64,000 bases of DNA from Woeseiaceae bacterium (GCA_041746375.1 JBGTHC010000045.1:13204-77203); one strand, 5' to 3'. Counted from the first letter of the stretch, positions 1-11,315 are shown. The notes: generated from the sequence alone by a model not told the origin. Translations and numbers: made by a program.

Positions 1-1377
1 ACGCAACGCGTTGCGCGAGTAGTCTGAAAAAGTCAGAAAGGTGCCGCAGTACGGGATGAATCCGCCGTGCAGGCTTATACCGGTACAGATTGCCGACATG
101 CCGAACTCGCGGACACCGAAATAGAAATAGTTCCCCGTTGCGTCGTCTCCGGTAATCGCAACCGAAGAATCGTGTTTGGTGAGGTTCGAGCCCGTCAGGT
201 CGGCGGATCCACCGACGAGTTCAGGCAACAGCGGCGCAAAACTATTCAACGCGAGCAGCGAGGACTGGCGCGTTGCGATACTCTTGCCAGCCATTACTAT
301 TCCATTCAGTGCGTCGTCAGCACCGCGGGCCCACGATTGCGGCAGATCGCCTTGCATGCAGCGCAGAAACTCCGCGGCTTCTGCCGCGTGCTTCGCTTGG
401 TAGGATGAAAATCTGTCAGCCCACTGCTGTTCGACCCTCGCCCCACGGTCGGTTGCATCCCATGCTTCTCGTATGTCGTCCGGAATGACGAAAGCCGGCT
501 CGTTCCAGTCGAGATTGCGTCGAGCGGCCGCCACTTCGTCGTTGCCGAGCGGCGCGCCATGCACGCCGGCACCGCCTTGCTTGTTTGGCGCACCGAACCC
601 GATGACGGTCTTGCAAGCGATCAAAGTCGGACGACTGTCGTCCACCAAGGCACGGTCTATGGCATCTTTTATGGCAGCGCTATCGTGTCCATCCACGGCG
701 GCAATCACCTGCCAGTCGTAGGCTTCGAAGCGCCGGGCTGTGTCGTCCGTGAACCAGGGTTCGACGCGACCATCGATCGATATGTCGTTGTCGTCATAGA
801 AACAGATCAGCTTGCCGAGTTTCATCGTTCCGGCAAACGAACAGGCCTCGTGGGAAATCCCTTCCATCAGGCAGCCATCACCCAGGAATACCCAGGTCCG
901 ATGATCGACGATGTCGAAACCCGGGCGGTTAAAACGTACCGCCAGCATTTTCTCCGCGAGTGCCATGCCGACGGCATTGGCCAAGCCCTGGCCGAGAGGC
1001 CCGGTTGTCGTCTCAATTGCCAGGTCCGGCTCTCGCTCCGGGTGACCGGCCGTACGAAATCCCATCTGCCGGAAATTCTTCAATTCGTGCAGCGACAGCG
1101 TATAGCCGCTCAGGTGCAAAAGACTGTAGAGAAGCATCGAACCGTGGCCGTTCGACAGCACAAAGCGATCGCGGTCGTGCCAGCGCGGATTGGCCGGGTT
1201 GTGCTTGAGGTAATCGTTCCACAGGACTTCGGCAATGTCCGCCATGCCCATCGGCATGCCCGGATGCCCTGATTCGGCCGCCTGGACAGCATCCATACTG
1301 AGCGCCCTGATGGCATTGGCAACAGTTCTTCGATCGGGGCCGTCGACGGGAGTCCGGCTACTTGATTTTTCTGGCAT
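1..1377 (-). CDS. tkt: transketolase, N-terminal 459 codons (gene continues past the left window edge)
   Basis: Absent from the ORF track because the frame is open at position 1. Manual minus-strand translation from ATG 1377 gives [53 protein letters not shown]...HLSGY...[16 protein letters not shown]...[13 protein letters not shown], the canonical TPP-binding N-terminus of transketolase. Confidence 0.9.
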   Translation of the reverse strand, partial: MPEKSSSRTPVDGPDRRTVANAIRALSMDAVQAAESGHPGMPMGMADIAEVLWNDYLKHNPANPRWHDRDRFVLSNGHGSMLLYSLLHLSGYTLSLHELKNFRQMGFRTAGHPEREPDLAIETTTGPLGQGLANAVGMALAEKMLAVRFNRPGFDIVDHRTWVFLGDGCLMEGISHEACSFAGTMKLGKLICFYDDNDISIDGRVEPWFTDDTARRFEAYDWQVIAAVDGHDSAAIKDAIDRALVDDSRPTLIACKTVIGFGAPNKQGGAGVHGAPLGNDEVAAARRNLDWNEPAFVIPDDIREAWDATDRGARVEQQWADRFSSYQAKHAAEAAEFLRCMQGDLPQSWARGADDALNGIVMAGKSIATRQSSLLALNSFAPLLPELVGGSADLTGSNLTKHDSSVAITGDDATGNYFYFGVREFGMSAICTGISLHGGFIPYCGTFLTFSDYSRNALR

Positions 1378-1611
1378 CGGGTCTCGATTGGGTAAGACGT
1401 TATGGTGCAGGAGCGATTTCCCGCTGGCGGCGAGTCGCGCATTTTCCCTGTTTGATCGCGGGCCCGCAAGCGACACGGGCCGCTGCAGGCGGGTGAGGCG
1501 ACTGCGATATTTGCGTTACAACTGCTTACATTGTCGAAATGGTGTCTTGCGCGACCGTTGGGTTACAATGCCTCGTTGAGCCGCAGCGAGCCACAGAACA
1601 AAGTTAAACTC

Positions 1612-2772
1612 ATGAATCACTCGTACTTATTCACTTCCGAATCGGTATCGGAAGGACATCCGGACAAGATTGCGGACCAGATTTCCGACGCCGTACTTGA
1701 TGCGATACTCGAGCAGGATACAAGAGCGCGGGTCGCCTGCGAAACGCTGGTGAAGACCGGCATGGTCCTTGTTGCCGGGGAAGTAACGACGTCAGCGTGG
1801 GTCGATATCGAGGCGCTCGTGCGCAAGACCGTACTCGACATCGGCTATTCGGACTCGACCATGGGCTTCGATGGCGCTTCGTGCGCGGTGATCAACGCCC
1901 TGGGCAAGCAGTCGCCGGATATCGCCCGTGGCGTGGATCGCGATGAGCTGGAAAATCAGGGTGCCGGTGATCAGGGGCTCATGTTCGGGTACGCCACCAA
2001 CGAGACGAGCGTACTGATGCCCGCGCCGATCACCTATGCCCACCAGCTGGTAAAGCGCCAGGCCGAAGTCCGGAAATCGGGCAAACTGCCGTGGCTGCGC
2101 CCGGACGCCAAGAGCCAGGTGACTTTTGTTTACGAGAACCACAAACCGGTCGGCATCGATGCCGTGGTCCTTTCTTCGCAGCATCATGCCGACGTCTCCA
2201 TGAATGACCTGCGGGACGGCATCATGGAGGAAGTCATCAAGCCGGTGTTACCGGCCGAATGGATCGGCAAACACACCCGGTACCACATTAACCCGACCGG
2301 TCGCTTCGAGATCGGCGGCCCGATGGGCGATTGCGGCCTTACCGGGCGCAAGATCATCGTCGATACCTACGGCGGCTCTGCACGCCACGGGGGCGGCGCA
2401 TTTTCCGGCAAGGACCCGTCCAAGGTCGATCGCTCAGCAGCCTATGCCTGTCGTTACGTGGCCAAAAACATCGTCGCGGCAGGACTCGCGGACCGCTGCG
2501 AGATTCAGGTTTCTTATGCCATCGGCGTAGCCGAACCCACATCGATCAGTGTCCAGACGTTCGGCACGGGCAAGATCAGCGAAGAGCGCCTGACGGACCT
2601 GATCCGCGAGAATTTCGATTTGCGTCCCTATGGCATTCTGAGAATGCTGGATCTCATTCGACCCATTTACCGGCCAACCGCCGCGTACGGTCATTTCGGT
2701 CGCGAGGATATCGATCTGAGCTGGGAGAGAACCGATAAGGCAGAGGTACTGCGAGTTGACGCTGCTGCATGA
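1612..2772 (+). CDS. metK: S-adenosylmethionine synthetase
   Basis: Track ORF 1531..2772. The conserved start is the internal ATG at 1612 ([26 protein letters not shown]). GHPDK and [16 protein letters not shown] motifs are present. Confidence 0.95.
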   Translation: MNHSYLFTSESVSEGHPDKIADQISDAVLDAILEQDTRARVACETLVKTGMVLVAGEVTTSAWVDIEALVRKTVLDIGYSDSTMGFDGASCAVINALGKQSPDIARGVDRDELENQGAGDQGLMFGYATNETSVLMPAPITYAHQLVKRQAEVRKSGKLPWLRPDAKSQVTFVYENHKPVGIDAVVLSSQHHADVSMNDLRDGIMEEVIKPVLPAEWIGKHTRYHINPTGRFEIGGPMGDCGLTGRKIIVDTYGGSARHGGGAFSGKDPSKVDRSAAYACRYVAKNIVAAGLADRCEIQVSYAIGVAEPTSISVQTFGTGKISEERLTDLIRENFDLRPYGILRMLDLIRPIYRPTAAYGHFGREDIDLSWERTDKAEVLRVDAAA

Positions 2773-2815
2773 ACGCACTTACTCACCGGATTGAATTGCT
2801 TTTAAGGAGAATTGT

Positions 2816-4129
2816 ATGAGCAGCGAAGCCGTTGCCATCCGCAAACAGGATTACAAGGTCGCCGACATTTCGCTGGCTTCATGGGGCCGCAAGGAAATTG
2901 CGATCGCCGAAACCGAAATGCCCGGGCTGATGGCATTGCGCGAAGAGTATGCGGGACGCAAACCATTACAGGGTGCGCGCCTGACCGGTTGCCTGCACAT
3001 GACCATCCAGACAGCGGTACTCATCGAAACGCTCACGGCCCTGGGTGCCGAAGTGCGGTGGTCGTCGTGCAACATTTTCTCGACCCAGGATCACGCCGCC
3101 GCGGCGATGGCGGCCACCGGCATTCCGGTATTCGCGTGGAAAGGCGAATCGGAAGAGGAATACTGGTGGTGCATAGAGCAAACCCTCAAGGGCCCCGACG
3201 GCTGGCTGCCGAACATGATCCTCGACGATGGCGGCGACCTGACGCTCTTGATGCACAAGAAGTACCCGGAACTGATGAAAAACGTTCGCGGGCTTTCGGA
3301 GGAAACCACCACCGGCGTCAAACGCCTCTATGACATGCAGAAGGCAGGCACGCTGCAGTGCCCGGCTTTCAACGTCAATGATTCGGTGACCAAGTCGAAA
3401 TTTGACAACCTCTACGGCTGCCGTGAGTCACTCGTCGACGGCATCAAGCGCGCCACGGATGTGATGATTGCCGGCAAGATTGCGATCGTCTGCGGCTACG
3501 GCGACGTCGGCAAAGGCTGTGCTCAATCGTTACGAGGTCTCGGCGCAACCGTCTGGGTGACCGAAATCGACCCGATCTGCGCGCTGCAGGCTGCGATGGA
3601 AGGATACCGGGTGGTCGACTTCAACGAAGTGTGCGACCAGGCCGATATCGTTGTCACCGCAACCGGCAACTATCACGTCGTCAGCGGCCCGCAGATGGAA
3701 CGGATGAAGAACCAGGCAATCGTCTGCAACATCGGTCATTTCGATAACGAAATAGACGTCGAGTGGCTGAAGAAGTACGAGTGGGACAATATCAAGCCGC
3801 AGGTTGACCACATTATTTTCCCCGACGGCAAGCGCATCATTTTGCTCGCGGAAGGCCGTCTGGTGAACCTGGGCTGCGGCACCGGACATCCCAGCTTCGT
3901 CATGTCGAATTCGTTCACCAATCAGGTGCTGGCGCAGATCGAACTGTGGCAAAACCATGAAAAGTACGAAAACCGGGTGTACATACTGCCAAAACATCTC
4001 GACGAACGGGTTGCCCGGCTGCATCTGGAGCGCATCGGTGCCAAAATCACCCAACTGACTGACGAACAGGCGGACTATATCGGCGTATCCCGCGATGGCC
4101 CGTACAAGTCGGATCATTATCGTTACTAG
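2816..4129 (+). CDS. ahcY: S-adenosyl-L-homocysteine hydrolase (adenosylhomocysteinase)
   Basis: 437 aa. Starts ...[28 protein letters not shown], has the NAD-binding GYGDVGKG motif and ends SDHYRY. AAGGAGA ribosome-binding site lies just upstream, 43 bp after metK. Confidence 0.95.
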   Translation: MSSEAVAIRKQDYKVADISLASWGRKEIAIAETEMPGLMALREEYAGRKPLQGARLTGCLHMTIQTAVLIETLTALGAEVRWSSCNIFSTQDHAAAAMAATGIPVFAWKGESEEEYWWCIEQTLKGPDGWLPNMILDDGGDLTLLMHKKYPELMKNVRGLSEETTTGVKRLYDMQKAGTLQCPAFNVNDSVTKSKFDNLYGCRESLVDGIKRATDVMIAGKIAIVCGYGDVGKGCAQSLRGLGATVWVTEIDPICALQAAMEGYRVVDFNEVCDQADIVVTATGNYHVVSGPQMERMKNQAIVCNIGHFDNEIDVEWLKKYEWDNIKPQVDHIIFPDGKRIILLAEGRLVNLGCGTGHPSFVMSNSFTNQVLAQIELWQNHEKYENRVYILPKHLDERVARLHLERIGAKITQLTDEQADYIGVSRDGPYKSDHYRY

Positions 4130-4161
4130 GACTTAGTCCAATTAACAGGGCATCGGATCCT

Positions 4162-4902
4162 TTGCGGGTCCTGCAACTGACGGACCCGCATCTTTTTGCA
4201 CAAGTCGATGCCACGTTTCGCGGGCGAGTGACCGACGAGTCACTGTCGCAGGTTCTGCAACACCACCTGCAATCCGGATGGCCGGCGCAGCTCGTGCTGG
4301 TAACCGGCGATATTATCCAGGACGATTCCCGTGCAGCGTACGAGCATTTCTGTCGCAAGCTTGCGACCCTCCAATTGCCGGTCCACTGCGTGCCGGGCAA
4401 CCATGACGTGGCCGCGCTCATGCAAGAAGTCCTGGCGATGTGGTCTTTTACTTACTGCGGTGTTTACGAAAAGGCGCCCTGGCTGATCGCAAGCATTGAC
4501 AGCAGCGAAGCAGGAATAGCGGCTGGCAACGTGTCGGCTGCGGAGCTTGACCGGCTTGATACCCTGTTACAGCGAACGGTTGCCGATCACATATTGCTTG
4601 CCTTGCATCATCCGCCGCTGCCCGTCGGCAGCCACTGGCTGGACCAGGTCGGATTGCTGAACAGTGACGAGTTCCTGCGAATTGCGGCGAAATCAGGCAA
4701 GGTCAGGGCCGTGGTATTCGGCCACGTGCACCAGGAATTCACAGGTAGCCACGCATCGATGCGCATTCTGGGAACGCCATCGACCTGCCGCCAGTTCCAG
4801 GTCCATAGCGATGAGTTTGCCGTCGACAGTAAGCCGCCGGCCTACCGGCGACTGACACTGCACGCGGACGGTGCAATCGATACCGAAGTCGTATGGGTCT
4901 AG
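4162..4902 (+). CDS. cpdA: metallophosphoesterase, class III 3',5'-cyclic-nucleotide phosphodiesterase-like
   Basis: 246 aa with a TTG start. Calcineurin-like phosphoesterase motifs LTDPH, TGDIIQD, GNHD and GHVH occur in CpdA order. Confidence 0.7.
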   Translation: MRVLQLTDPHLFAQVDATFRGRVTDESLSQVLQHHLQSGWPAQLVLVTGDIIQDDSRAAYEHFCRKLATLQLPVHCVPGNHDVAALMQEVLAMWSFTYCGVYEKAPWLIASIDSSEAGIAAGNVSAAELDRLDTLLQRTVADHILLALHHPPLPVGSHWLDQVGLLNSDEFLRIAAKSGKVRAVVFGHVHQEFTGSHASMRILGTPSTCRQFQVHSDEFAVDSKPPAYRRLTLHADGAIDTEVVWV

Positions 4903-4939
4903 CAGTTTGCTCTGCTTGGAAATGACGAAGGAAAAAAGC

Positions 4940-5917
4940 ATGCGCGGCGTTTTGACTTTCATACGGACAACATTCTGCTGTCGACCAGGCGTTCTGTGTC
5001 TCGCACTGATTTTCTCGGCTCCAGTCGCCATTGCCCAGCATGCCGTTACGATGTGGCAGGTCAGCGGCGAAAGCAATCGCATGTTCCTGCTCGGTTCAGT
5101 GCACTTGCTGCGTGCCGAGGACCATCCGCTGCCCTCCGCTATCCATGCCGCCTATGACGAGGCCGAGGTGCTGATCATGGAAATGGATATGGACGATGTC
5201 GATCCGATCGAAGCTCAGTCCCTGATCACGGAGCTCGGCCTGATCGAAAACGGTGACACTTTGAGCGATGTAATGGGGCCCAGCGCATGGCTGGAAGCCG
5301 AGGACCTCGCATCGCGCAGCAATATTCCCCTTGCAATGCTGGCCAGTTCAAAGCCGTGGCTGGCTGCCATCGTAGTCGAACAGTTGATGCTCACGCGCAT
5401 CGGCTTTGACCCGACGCTCGGAATTGAAAGTCACCTCGCAGCAAAAGCTGCCGAGGACAGCAAGGAAATTCACGGACTGGAAACCATTCGCCAGCAACTC
5501 GAGTTCCTCGACAACATGTCGCTCGATTCGCAACGGGCCCTGCTCCTGCAATCGCTCGAGGAAAGCCTCGACCTCGAGGAAATTATGGATGACCTGATCC
5601 ACGCGTGGCGGCATGGCGATGTCGATTTTATGGAAGTCAACATGTTGAAAGACATGCAAAACCACGCCGAGCTGTATAAAACCATCGTTGTCGATCGCAA
5701 TCTCGACTGGGTCGCACAGCTGACGAAGCTGTTGCAAGACCAGGATGACTACCTGGTGGTTGTCGGCGCGCTGCACCTGATCGGCGACCAGGGTGTACCG
5801 ACCTTGCTCGAACAACGTGGCTACTCAGTCGTGCAAGTGGGTGCAGAGGGGATCCGGGATGATCACCAGGGAATCGCCTTAGCGCGGTTCGGGCTTGGCC
5901 GGGGCCTCAGGCGGTGA
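4940..5917 (+). CDS. TraB/GumN family protein (exported)
   Basis: Track ORF 4871..5917. ATG 4940 (or 4922) gives a signal-like N-terminus MRGVLTFIRTTFCCRPGVLCLALIFSAPVAIA. MWQVSGESNRMFLLGSVHLL and YLVVVGALHLIG fit the TraB/GumN pattern. Confidence 0.65.
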   Translation: MRGVLTFIRTTFCCRPGVLCLALIFSAPVAIAQHAVTMWQVSGESNRMFLLGSVHLLRAEDHPLPSAIHAAYDEAEVLIMEMDMDDVDPIEAQSLITELGLIENGDTLSDVMGPSAWLEAEDLASRSNIPLAMLASSKPWLAAIVVEQLMLTRIGFDPTLGIESHLAAKAAEDSKEIHGLETIRQQLEFLDNMSLDSQRALLLQSLEESLDLEEIMDDLIHAWRHGDVDFMEVNMLKDMQNHAELYKTIVVDRNLDWVAQLTKLLQDQDDYLVVVGALHLIGDQGVPTLLEQRGYSVVQVGAEGIRDDHQGIALARFGLGRGLRR

Positions 5918-5934
5918 TTGGTTTCGGGCGGGAG

Positions 5935-6099
5935 CTAGACCTCTACCATTTCGAAGTCTTCTTTCCCTGCGCTGCAATCCGGGCATCGCCAGGACAGCGG
6001 AATATCGTCCCATCGCGTGCCGGCGGGAATGCCGCCCTCCGGATCCCCTGTGGCTTCGTCGTAGATGAATCCGCAGATGAGACACATGTAGGTTTTCAT
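5935..6099 (-). CDS. rubredoxin (54 aa)
   Basis: Below the ORF-track size cutoff. Manual translation gives [54 protein letters not shown], with both CxxC iron-binding knuckles and the conserved W/F core. The track lists only a different-frame 125-aa shadow ORF here. Confidence 0.85.
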   Translation of the reverse strand: MKTYMCLICGFIYDEATGDPEGGIPAGTRWDDIPLSWRCPDCSAGKEDFEMVEV

Positions 6100-6255
6100 A
6101 GTGCGCCGGCGTTGTGCATGGGGTTTGCCATTGGCATTGCTTCAGTACTGCGTTGGGTCGCGGCTTGGAGATCACCAGTGTAGCAGGACGCGGGCAAGGG
6201 TTTCGCCCCGCAAGGCGCTTCTGTAGGATGCGCAGCTTCTTACGGGGCGAAACCA

Positions 6256-7524
6256 ATGACCTTATTTGCGGACGCCAGAAAGTACATCGCCGGCGGTGTT
6301 AATTCGCCGGTTCGCGCCTTTGCAGGGGTCGGCGGCGAACCGCTTTTTATCCGCCGTGCCAGCGGTGCCTGGCTCGAAACGGAAGACGGCCGCCGGCTGA
6401 TCGACTACGTGGGCTCATGGGGCCCCATGATTCTCGGTCATGCCCATCCATCCGTGATTGAAGCAGTTCACCGTGCGGCGGCTGATGGACTCAGTTTCGG
6501 AGCACCGACGCTCAGCGAGACCCGGCTGGCAAAGAAAATTTGCGAACTCGTGCCATCGATCGAGCGTGTGCGCATGGTGAGCTCTGGCACAGAAGCCACT
6601 ATGAGCGCCATTCGGCTGGCGCGCGGCTTTACCGGACGCGACAAGATCATCAAGTTTGAAGGTTGCTATCACGGCCATTCTGACTCGCTGCTGATCAAAG
6701 CCGGCTCCGGCGCACTCACGCTGGGCGTACCGAGCTCGCCGGGCGTGCCGGCATCCCTGGCCGAACATACGGTTACGCTGGAATTCAATAACATCGGCGC
6801 GGTGCAGCAGGCTTTCGAAAAGTGGGGGCGGGACATCGCCTGCATCATCGTCGAGCCGATCGCGGGCAACATGAACATGGTGATGCCGGAAACCGGTTTC
6901 CTGCAAACATTGCGCGGCCAATGTGACCGTTACGAATCGCTGTTGCTGTTCGATGAGGTGATGACCGGATTCCGGGTGTCCCGCGGCGGCGCCCAGGAAC
7001 TGTTCGGCATCCGCCCGGACCTGACAACCTTGGGCAAAATCGTTGGCGGCGGCATGCCGGCCGCCGCCTTCGGAGGTCGGGCAGACATTATGGCGGCCCT
7101 GGCGCCGGACGGGCCCGTCTACCAGGCGGGGACACTGTCGGGAAATCCCGTCGCGATGGCGGCCGGCCTGGCAACTCTGGAGGGTGTTTCGGTAGACGGG
7201 TTTTACGCCGCACTGACAAACAAGACGCATCAACTGGTGAATGGATTGCGTTCGCTGGCCGTGGAAGCCGGTATACCTTTGGCTATGCAAAGCTGCGGCG
7301 GAATGTTCGGCTTCATGTTTACAGCAGACGATCCCGTACGCCGCTTTTCACAAGTTGCAGCCGCAGACATCAACCGGTTCCGAAAGTTTTTTCACGGCAT
7401 GCTGGCTGAGGACATTTACCTGGCTCCGTCCGCTTTCGAAGCCGGATTCGTTTCATCGGCACACGGTCAGGCAGAACTGTCTCGCACATTGGAGGCTGCG
7501 CGGAAAGTATTGGCAACCCTCTGA
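6256..7524 (+). CDS. hemL: glutamate-1-semialdehyde 2,1-aminomutase
   Basis: 422 aa. [22 protein letters not shown]... and a class III aminotransferase body, full length. Confidence 0.95.
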   Translation: MTLFADARKYIAGGVNSPVRAFAGVGGEPLFIRRASGAWLETEDGRRLIDYVGSWGPMILGHAHPSVIEAVHRAAADGLSFGAPTLSETRLAKKICELVPSIERVRMVSSGTEATMSAIRLARGFTGRDKIIKFEGCYHGHSDSLLIKAGSGALTLGVPSSPGVPASLAEHTVTLEFNNIGAVQQAFEKWGRDIACIIVEPIAGNMNMVMPETGFLQTLRGQCDRYESLLLFDEVMTGFRVSRGGAQELFGIRPDLTTLGKIVGGGMPAAAFGGRADIMAALAPDGPVYQAGTLSGNPVAMAAGLATLEGVSVDGFYAALTNKTHQLVNGLRSLAVEAGIPLAMQSCGGMFGFMFTADDPVRRFSQVAAADINRFRKFFHGMLAEDIYLAPSAFEAGFVSSAHGQAELSRTLEAARKVLATL

Positions 7525-7541
7525 AGCCGAGGCGCCCGGCG

Positions 7542-8141
7542 TCAGTCGATGTCGACTCCACGCACGGAATTCAAAACCTTCCGAATGAGTTGCAATCGTT
7601 CGAACGGGTCCTCGATCTCAAGGCATCTCTGCTTTTCCTCGGGACTCATTGGCAGGATCTCGGCAAACCGATATCCGACCCATCCGGCATCGTCGTATTG
7701 GCGTTCGAGCGACTCATACAGGCGACCGAGGTCATCCAGAACTCCGGCGAGAATTGTCGCGAGCGGCCTGTATTCGTCCGGCAACGGGTGAAAAGGTTGC
7801 TCCGGCAGTACTTCAATTTCACCGACGTTCAGTCCGTCGGCGCGGCGCTCGCTTGAAACCAGGCGAAAACGTTGCTCACCGATTGCAGTAACGCCGAGCA
7901 AACCGTCGCTGCCCTGGTACCAGTCTGCGATGCGCGCCAGCGTGCCCAGATCGCAGGTTGTCGCCTGCCCGCTTTCTTCGCCGGTCTTTATCAGGAGCAC
8001 ACCGAATGGCCGTTCTGACTTCAGGCATTCGCTGATCATATCGAGATAACGTGCCTCGAATATTCGCAATGGCAAAGGGCCGCCCGGATACAGGACGGTA
8101 CGCAACGGAAACAATGGCGTTTTCTCGCCGGTCGTGATCAT
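7542..8141 (-). CDS. stand-alone Lon N-terminal (substrate-binding, PUA-like) domain protein
   Basis: 199 aa. LFPLRTVLYPGGPLPLRIFEARYLDM... is the typical LON_substr_bdg opening. Its start overlaps the mpl stop by 4 nt. Confidence 0.7.
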   Translation of the reverse strand: MITTGEKTPLFPLRTVLYPGGPLPLRIFEARYLDMISECLKSERPFGVLLIKTGEESGQATTCDLGTLARIADWYQGSDGLLGVTAIGEQRFRLVSSERRADGLNVGEIEVLPEQPFHPLPDEYRPLATILAGVLDDLGRLYESLERQYDDAGWVGYRFAEILPMSPEEKQRCLEIEDPFERLQLIRKVLNSVRGVDID

Positions 8142-9511
8142 GCCGGGGCTTGCGAGTGGCGCAACAGTGCAGTCAGTTGCTGGCGAGCACCGCCGAATGC
8201 CCCGTTACTCATAAACACGAGTAGATCGCCGGCACCCACTGTTATTGACAATGCAGTTACGAGATCAGCGTATGCAGTGAAAAAGTGCACTTTCTCACCG
8301 AGCGGTCGCAGTACTTCTTCGAAGTCCGGACCCAACTCCGGCGGCCGATACACAAAAACCCGATGCGCATCATGCAGTGAATCGGCAAGCGTCTTGTTAT
8401 GAATGCCGAGCTTCATGGTATTGGAACGCGGCTCCAGCGCAACGATTAGGCGCTGCCCCGGGAATCGCTTGCGTAAACCCTCGAGCGAACGGCGAATTGC
8501 GGTCGGATGGTGCGCGAAATCGTCATAGATAGCGACCTCGCCGACGGTCGCGGTGCGTTCCATGCGTCGTTTCACGCCATCGAACGTGGTCAACCCCGCG
8601 AGTGCCTGTGGCAGCGATACGCCGGCACGGCCCGCTGCGGCTACTGCAGCCAGCGCATTCTCCAGATTATGCCGGCCTCCAAGCTTCCAGTTGCATTCAT
8701 GACTTGCGCCGTCCGGGCCCTTGATCACGAAATGCTTCTCGGCGGAATCCAGAAACGCCGCGGTCCAGTCGGCATTTCCGTCAAGCCCGAAAGTCTCGAT
8801 GGGTGTCCAGCACCCGACGCGGATCAGTGCCTGCAGATTTGCGTCGGCGCCGTTAACGATCAGGCGACCAGTGCCGGGCACCGTGCGCAAAAGCTGATGA
8901 AACTGCCAAATGATGGCGTCCATATCCTGATAGATGTCTGCATGATCGAACTCGAGATTTCCCATAATCAGCGTCTGTGGCCGATAGTGCACAAACTTCG
9001 CTCGCTTATCGAAAAACGCCGTGTCGTATTCGTCAGCCTCTACAACAAAGTACTTCGAGCTGCCGAGTCGTGCCGACGATGCGAAGTTTGCCGCGACGCC
9101 ACCAATCAGGAAGCCGCAATCAATTCCGGCATGCTCGAGTATCCAGGAAAGCATGCTTGCCGTTGTGGTCTTGCCATGCGTTCCGGATACGGCGAGAACA
9201 TGTCGTTTTGCCAACACGTTCTCGGCCAACCATTGCGGACCGGAAATATACGGCAAGCCCTGATCGAGCACCGCTTCTACTGCGGGATTGCCGCGACTCA
9301 TCGCATTGCCAATGACAACGACATCGGGTGACGGCACCAGCTGTTCGACATCGAAACCTTCCTGGATCCCGATGCCAAGCGCTTTGAGCTGCGTACTCAT
9401 CGGTGGATAGACGTTGCGGTCGCTGCCTGTGACGCGATGGCCGAGCGCTGCAGCAAGCGCGGCAATGCCGCCCATGAACGTCCCGCATATTCCCAGAATG
9501 TGCAAATGCAT
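8138..9511 (-). CDS. mpl: UDP-N-acetylmuramate:L-alanyl-gamma-D-glutamyl-meso-diaminopimelate ligase
   Basis: 457 aa. MHLHILGICGTFMGGIAALA...GSDRNVYPPMS and the GTHGKTTT P-loop; Mur ligase architecture of the Mpl type. Confidence 0.9.
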   Translation of the reverse strand: MHLHILGICGTFMGGIAALAAALGHRVTGSDRNVYPPMSTQLKALGIGIQEGFDVEQLVPSPDVVVIGNAMSRGNPAVEAVLDQGLPYISGPQWLAENVLAKRHVLAVSGTHGKTTTASMLSWILEHAGIDCGFLIGGVAANFASSARLGSSKYFVVEADEYDTAFFDKRAKFVHYRPQTLIMGNLEFDHADIYQDMDAIIWQFHQLLRTVPGTGRLIVNGADANLQALIRVGCWTPIETFGLDGNADWTAAFLDSAEKHFVIKGPDGASHECNWKLGGRHNLENALAAVAAAGRAGVSLPQALAGLTTFDGVKRRMERTATVGEVAIYDDFAHHPTAIRRSLEGLRKRFPGQRLIVALEPRSNTMKLGIHNKTLADSLHDAHRVFVYRPPELGPDFEEVLRPLGEKVHFFTAYADLVTALSITVGAGDLLVFMSNGAFGGARQQLTALLRHSQAPA

Positions 9512-10056
9512 TATTCAGTGTCCACAACAGGCCCCGCGAGCAGCGACTGGAATATGAATTGCAGAATTGTGGCTATTACCGCAATCGCAATTCCCACGTA
9601 CCAGTGCTGGCCGATGGACCGTGCCAGGATGTGGCCTTCCACCGGCACGGACCAGAAGCTTATTAATACCGCTGCGACGCCGGCGAATCCCTGGCCAACA
9701 AACGGCCGAAACAGTACAAACATTGCAATGGACAGAAAGGTCAGGATCGCACCGCAACCAATAATGCAGGTAAGTGCCTGCACAATGCGTCGACTGAATC
9801 CCGTTATAAAGAGCACTCCTGCGTAGAAGGCGATGGCCAGCAAGCTGGTCATCAAAACCAGGCTGAGATTCCTTTCTTCCAGACCATCGATCAACACCAT
9901 GCCGCTGGCTGCTGCGGCCACCAGCATTGCTATCGACAACAGCAGCAACAACCACGACTCCGGCACTTGTGCAGGACCTTTGCGTAGCGCAATGATTTCA
10001 ACAAATGTGCGAAACAGGAGGAACAGTGTTCTGTCACAATGGCAGCAATTGACCAT
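9511..10056 (-). CDS. multi-pass inner-membrane protein, function unknown
   Basis: Several hydrophobic segments. The stop codon overlaps the mpl start codon by 1 nt. Start is uncertain (ATG 10056, or the track start at 10083). Confidence 0.45.
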   Translation of the reverse strand: MVNCCHCDRTLFLLFRTFVEIIALRKGPAQVPESWLLLLLSIAMLVAAAASGMVLIDGLEERNLSLVLMTSLLAIAFYAGVLFITGFSRRIVQALTCIIGCGAILTFLSIAMFVLFRPFVGQGFAGVAAVLISFWSVPVEGHILARSIGQHWYVGIAIAVIATILQFIFQSLLAGPVVDTE

Positions 10057-10138
10057 ACAATCATCGCATGATCGCCGTCGCAACCGAAGCTTGTTTCAAT
10101 CAGCCGGGCTGGCGGGGCACAGTCAGGAAAAGGTCTAC

Positions 10139-11224
10139 GTGAAGCCCACCGATTACCTTGATAACAAGTCGCTGGACAGTCTCTGCGAAAAGCTGGTCGA
10201 TGGCGAACGCATCGCACTGGACACAGAGTTCATGCGAGAGAAGACCTATTTTCCGCAACTTTGCCTCGTGCAGATAGCAACCGAGAACCATATCTGGTGC
10301 GCGGATCCACTCGGAGCCGGCAATTTCAATCGTGTCTGGCAGGCGCTAATGGATCGACCCTGGGTGGTGCACTCCGGCCGCCAGGATATTGAGGTGATTT
10401 ATCAGGCGGCTGGGCGAATGCCCGGCGAGCTGTTCGATACCCAGGTCGCAGCCGCCCTGCTCGGCTACGCGCCGCAACTTGGCTACGCCGCGCTTGTGGC
10501 CGAGTTGTTCGGCGTCGAACTGGCCAAATCGCACACTCGCGCTGACTGGACGCGACGCCCGTTAGCGCCTGAACTGATCGAGTACGCCGCCGAGGACGTC
10601 GAATACCTGTTGCCGGCAGCGGATCTGCTTGCCGCAAGGCTGGAGGAATCGGGACGCCTCGCATGGGCACTCGAAGATTCGCAGGACTTGCTGCAAACGT
10701 CACTTTATACGCCTGACCCGGACGCTGCCGTGCGTCGACTGAAGGGCGCTCGCTACTTGTCCGGCCGTGCCCGTGCCGCGGCGCGCAATCTGGCAGTCTG
10801 GCGCGAAGGCGAAGCGGTGCGCCGAGATCGGCCGCGGCAGTGGATTTTGAGTGACGCTGTTCTGCTGGAACTTGCGTCGTCGGCCCCGGACAACCAGGAA
10901 TCGCTCGCTGGCGTTCGCGGGCTGCAACCCGGCATCGTGCGTCGCGCGGGTCCGGAACTGCTTGCCGTGCTCGCCGACAGCGAAGTTGATACCGGAGACA
11001 AGGAAGCGCACTCCCGCCCGGATGAGAGACAGCGAGCACTGCTCGCAGAAATGCAGGCGCGAGTCGCCGCATGCGCGGGCAATCTGACCCTGCTGCCCGA
11101 GGTCGTTGCATCAAAAAAGGACCTGAGCGCCGCGTTGGCTGGAGACCGGTATTTGCGCGTATTCAAGGGCTGGCGGCGCGAGCTCATCGGCGACACTTTG
11201 CTCGAAATCCTGGCAGTCGGATGA
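10139..11224 (+). CDS. rnd: ribonuclease D
   Basis: Track ORF 9833..11224 has a non-homologous-looking 5' extension. GTG 10139 gives VKPTDYLDNKSLDSLCEKLVDGERIALDTEF... with DEDDy exonuclease motifs (LDTEF, AAEDVEYL) and an HRDC-like C-terminal part. Confidence 0.85.
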   Translation: MKPTDYLDNKSLDSLCEKLVDGERIALDTEFMREKTYFPQLCLVQIATENHIWCADPLGAGNFNRVWQALMDRPWVVHSGRQDIEVIYQAAGRMPGELFDTQVAAALLGYAPQLGYAALVAELFGVELAKSHTRADWTRRPLAPELIEYAAEDVEYLLPAADLLAARLEESGRLAWALEDSQDLLQTSLYTPDPDAAVRRLKGARYLSGRARAAARNLAVWREGEAVRRDRPRQWILSDAVLLELASSAPDNQESLAGVRGLQPGIVRRAGPELLAVLADSEVDTGDKEAHSRPDERQRALLAEMQARVAACAGNLTLLPEVVASKKDLSAALAGDRYLRVFKGWRRELIGDTLLEILAVG

Positions 11225-11253
11225 ATGCCGGAACCATCGTAGGAGCGTGCCCT

Positions 11254-11296
11254 GCGCGCGAATTCGGCAACGACCAGGCTTTTCCGATTCGCGCGC
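11254..11296. terminator. GC-rich hairpin between convergent rnd and adk, no U-tract
   Basis: GCGCGCGAATTCGG-16 nt-CCGATTCGCGCGC, about 13 bp with one bulge. No T-run on either strand, so intrinsic-terminator function is uncertain. Confidence 0.3.
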
Positions 11297-11315
11297 GAGG
11301 CGCGCTCCAACAGCG

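Noticed and set aside
559-1272. 237-aa plus-strand ORF, and neighbouring ORFs from 67 to 1579, at the left end of the window.
   Set aside because: They are antisense or off-frame shadows of the transketolase gene. The minus-strand frame ending at position 1 translates into an unmistakable Tkt N-terminus, whereas these ORFs have Arg/Ala/Gly-rich low-complexity composition typical of GC-rich shadow frames.
1378-1611. Possible SAH or SAM riboswitch in the 234-nt region upstream of metK-ahcY.
   Set aside because: I looked for the SAH-element hallmarks (GAGGAGCGYUGC ... CAGGCUCGG ... AACGGCGCUCAC) and found only a vague GGAGCG. No matching 3' half or pseudoknot partner is present. A cmscan would be needed to exclude a divergent element.
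6415-7290. 291-aa minus-strand ORF inside hemL. Similar long antisense ORFs occur inside ahcY (3530..4117), rnd (10326..11114), nrdJa (25249..25866, 25900..26547), slt (30654..31559), tsaD (38636..39232), rpoD (42623..43324), the sensor gene (46643..47404, 47453..48115) and the LamG gene (61399..62037).
   Set aside because: Each lies fully inside a confidently identified gene on the other strand. They have Arg/Gly/His-rich composition and no recognisable motifs. These are the expected stop-poor antisense frames of high-GC DNA.
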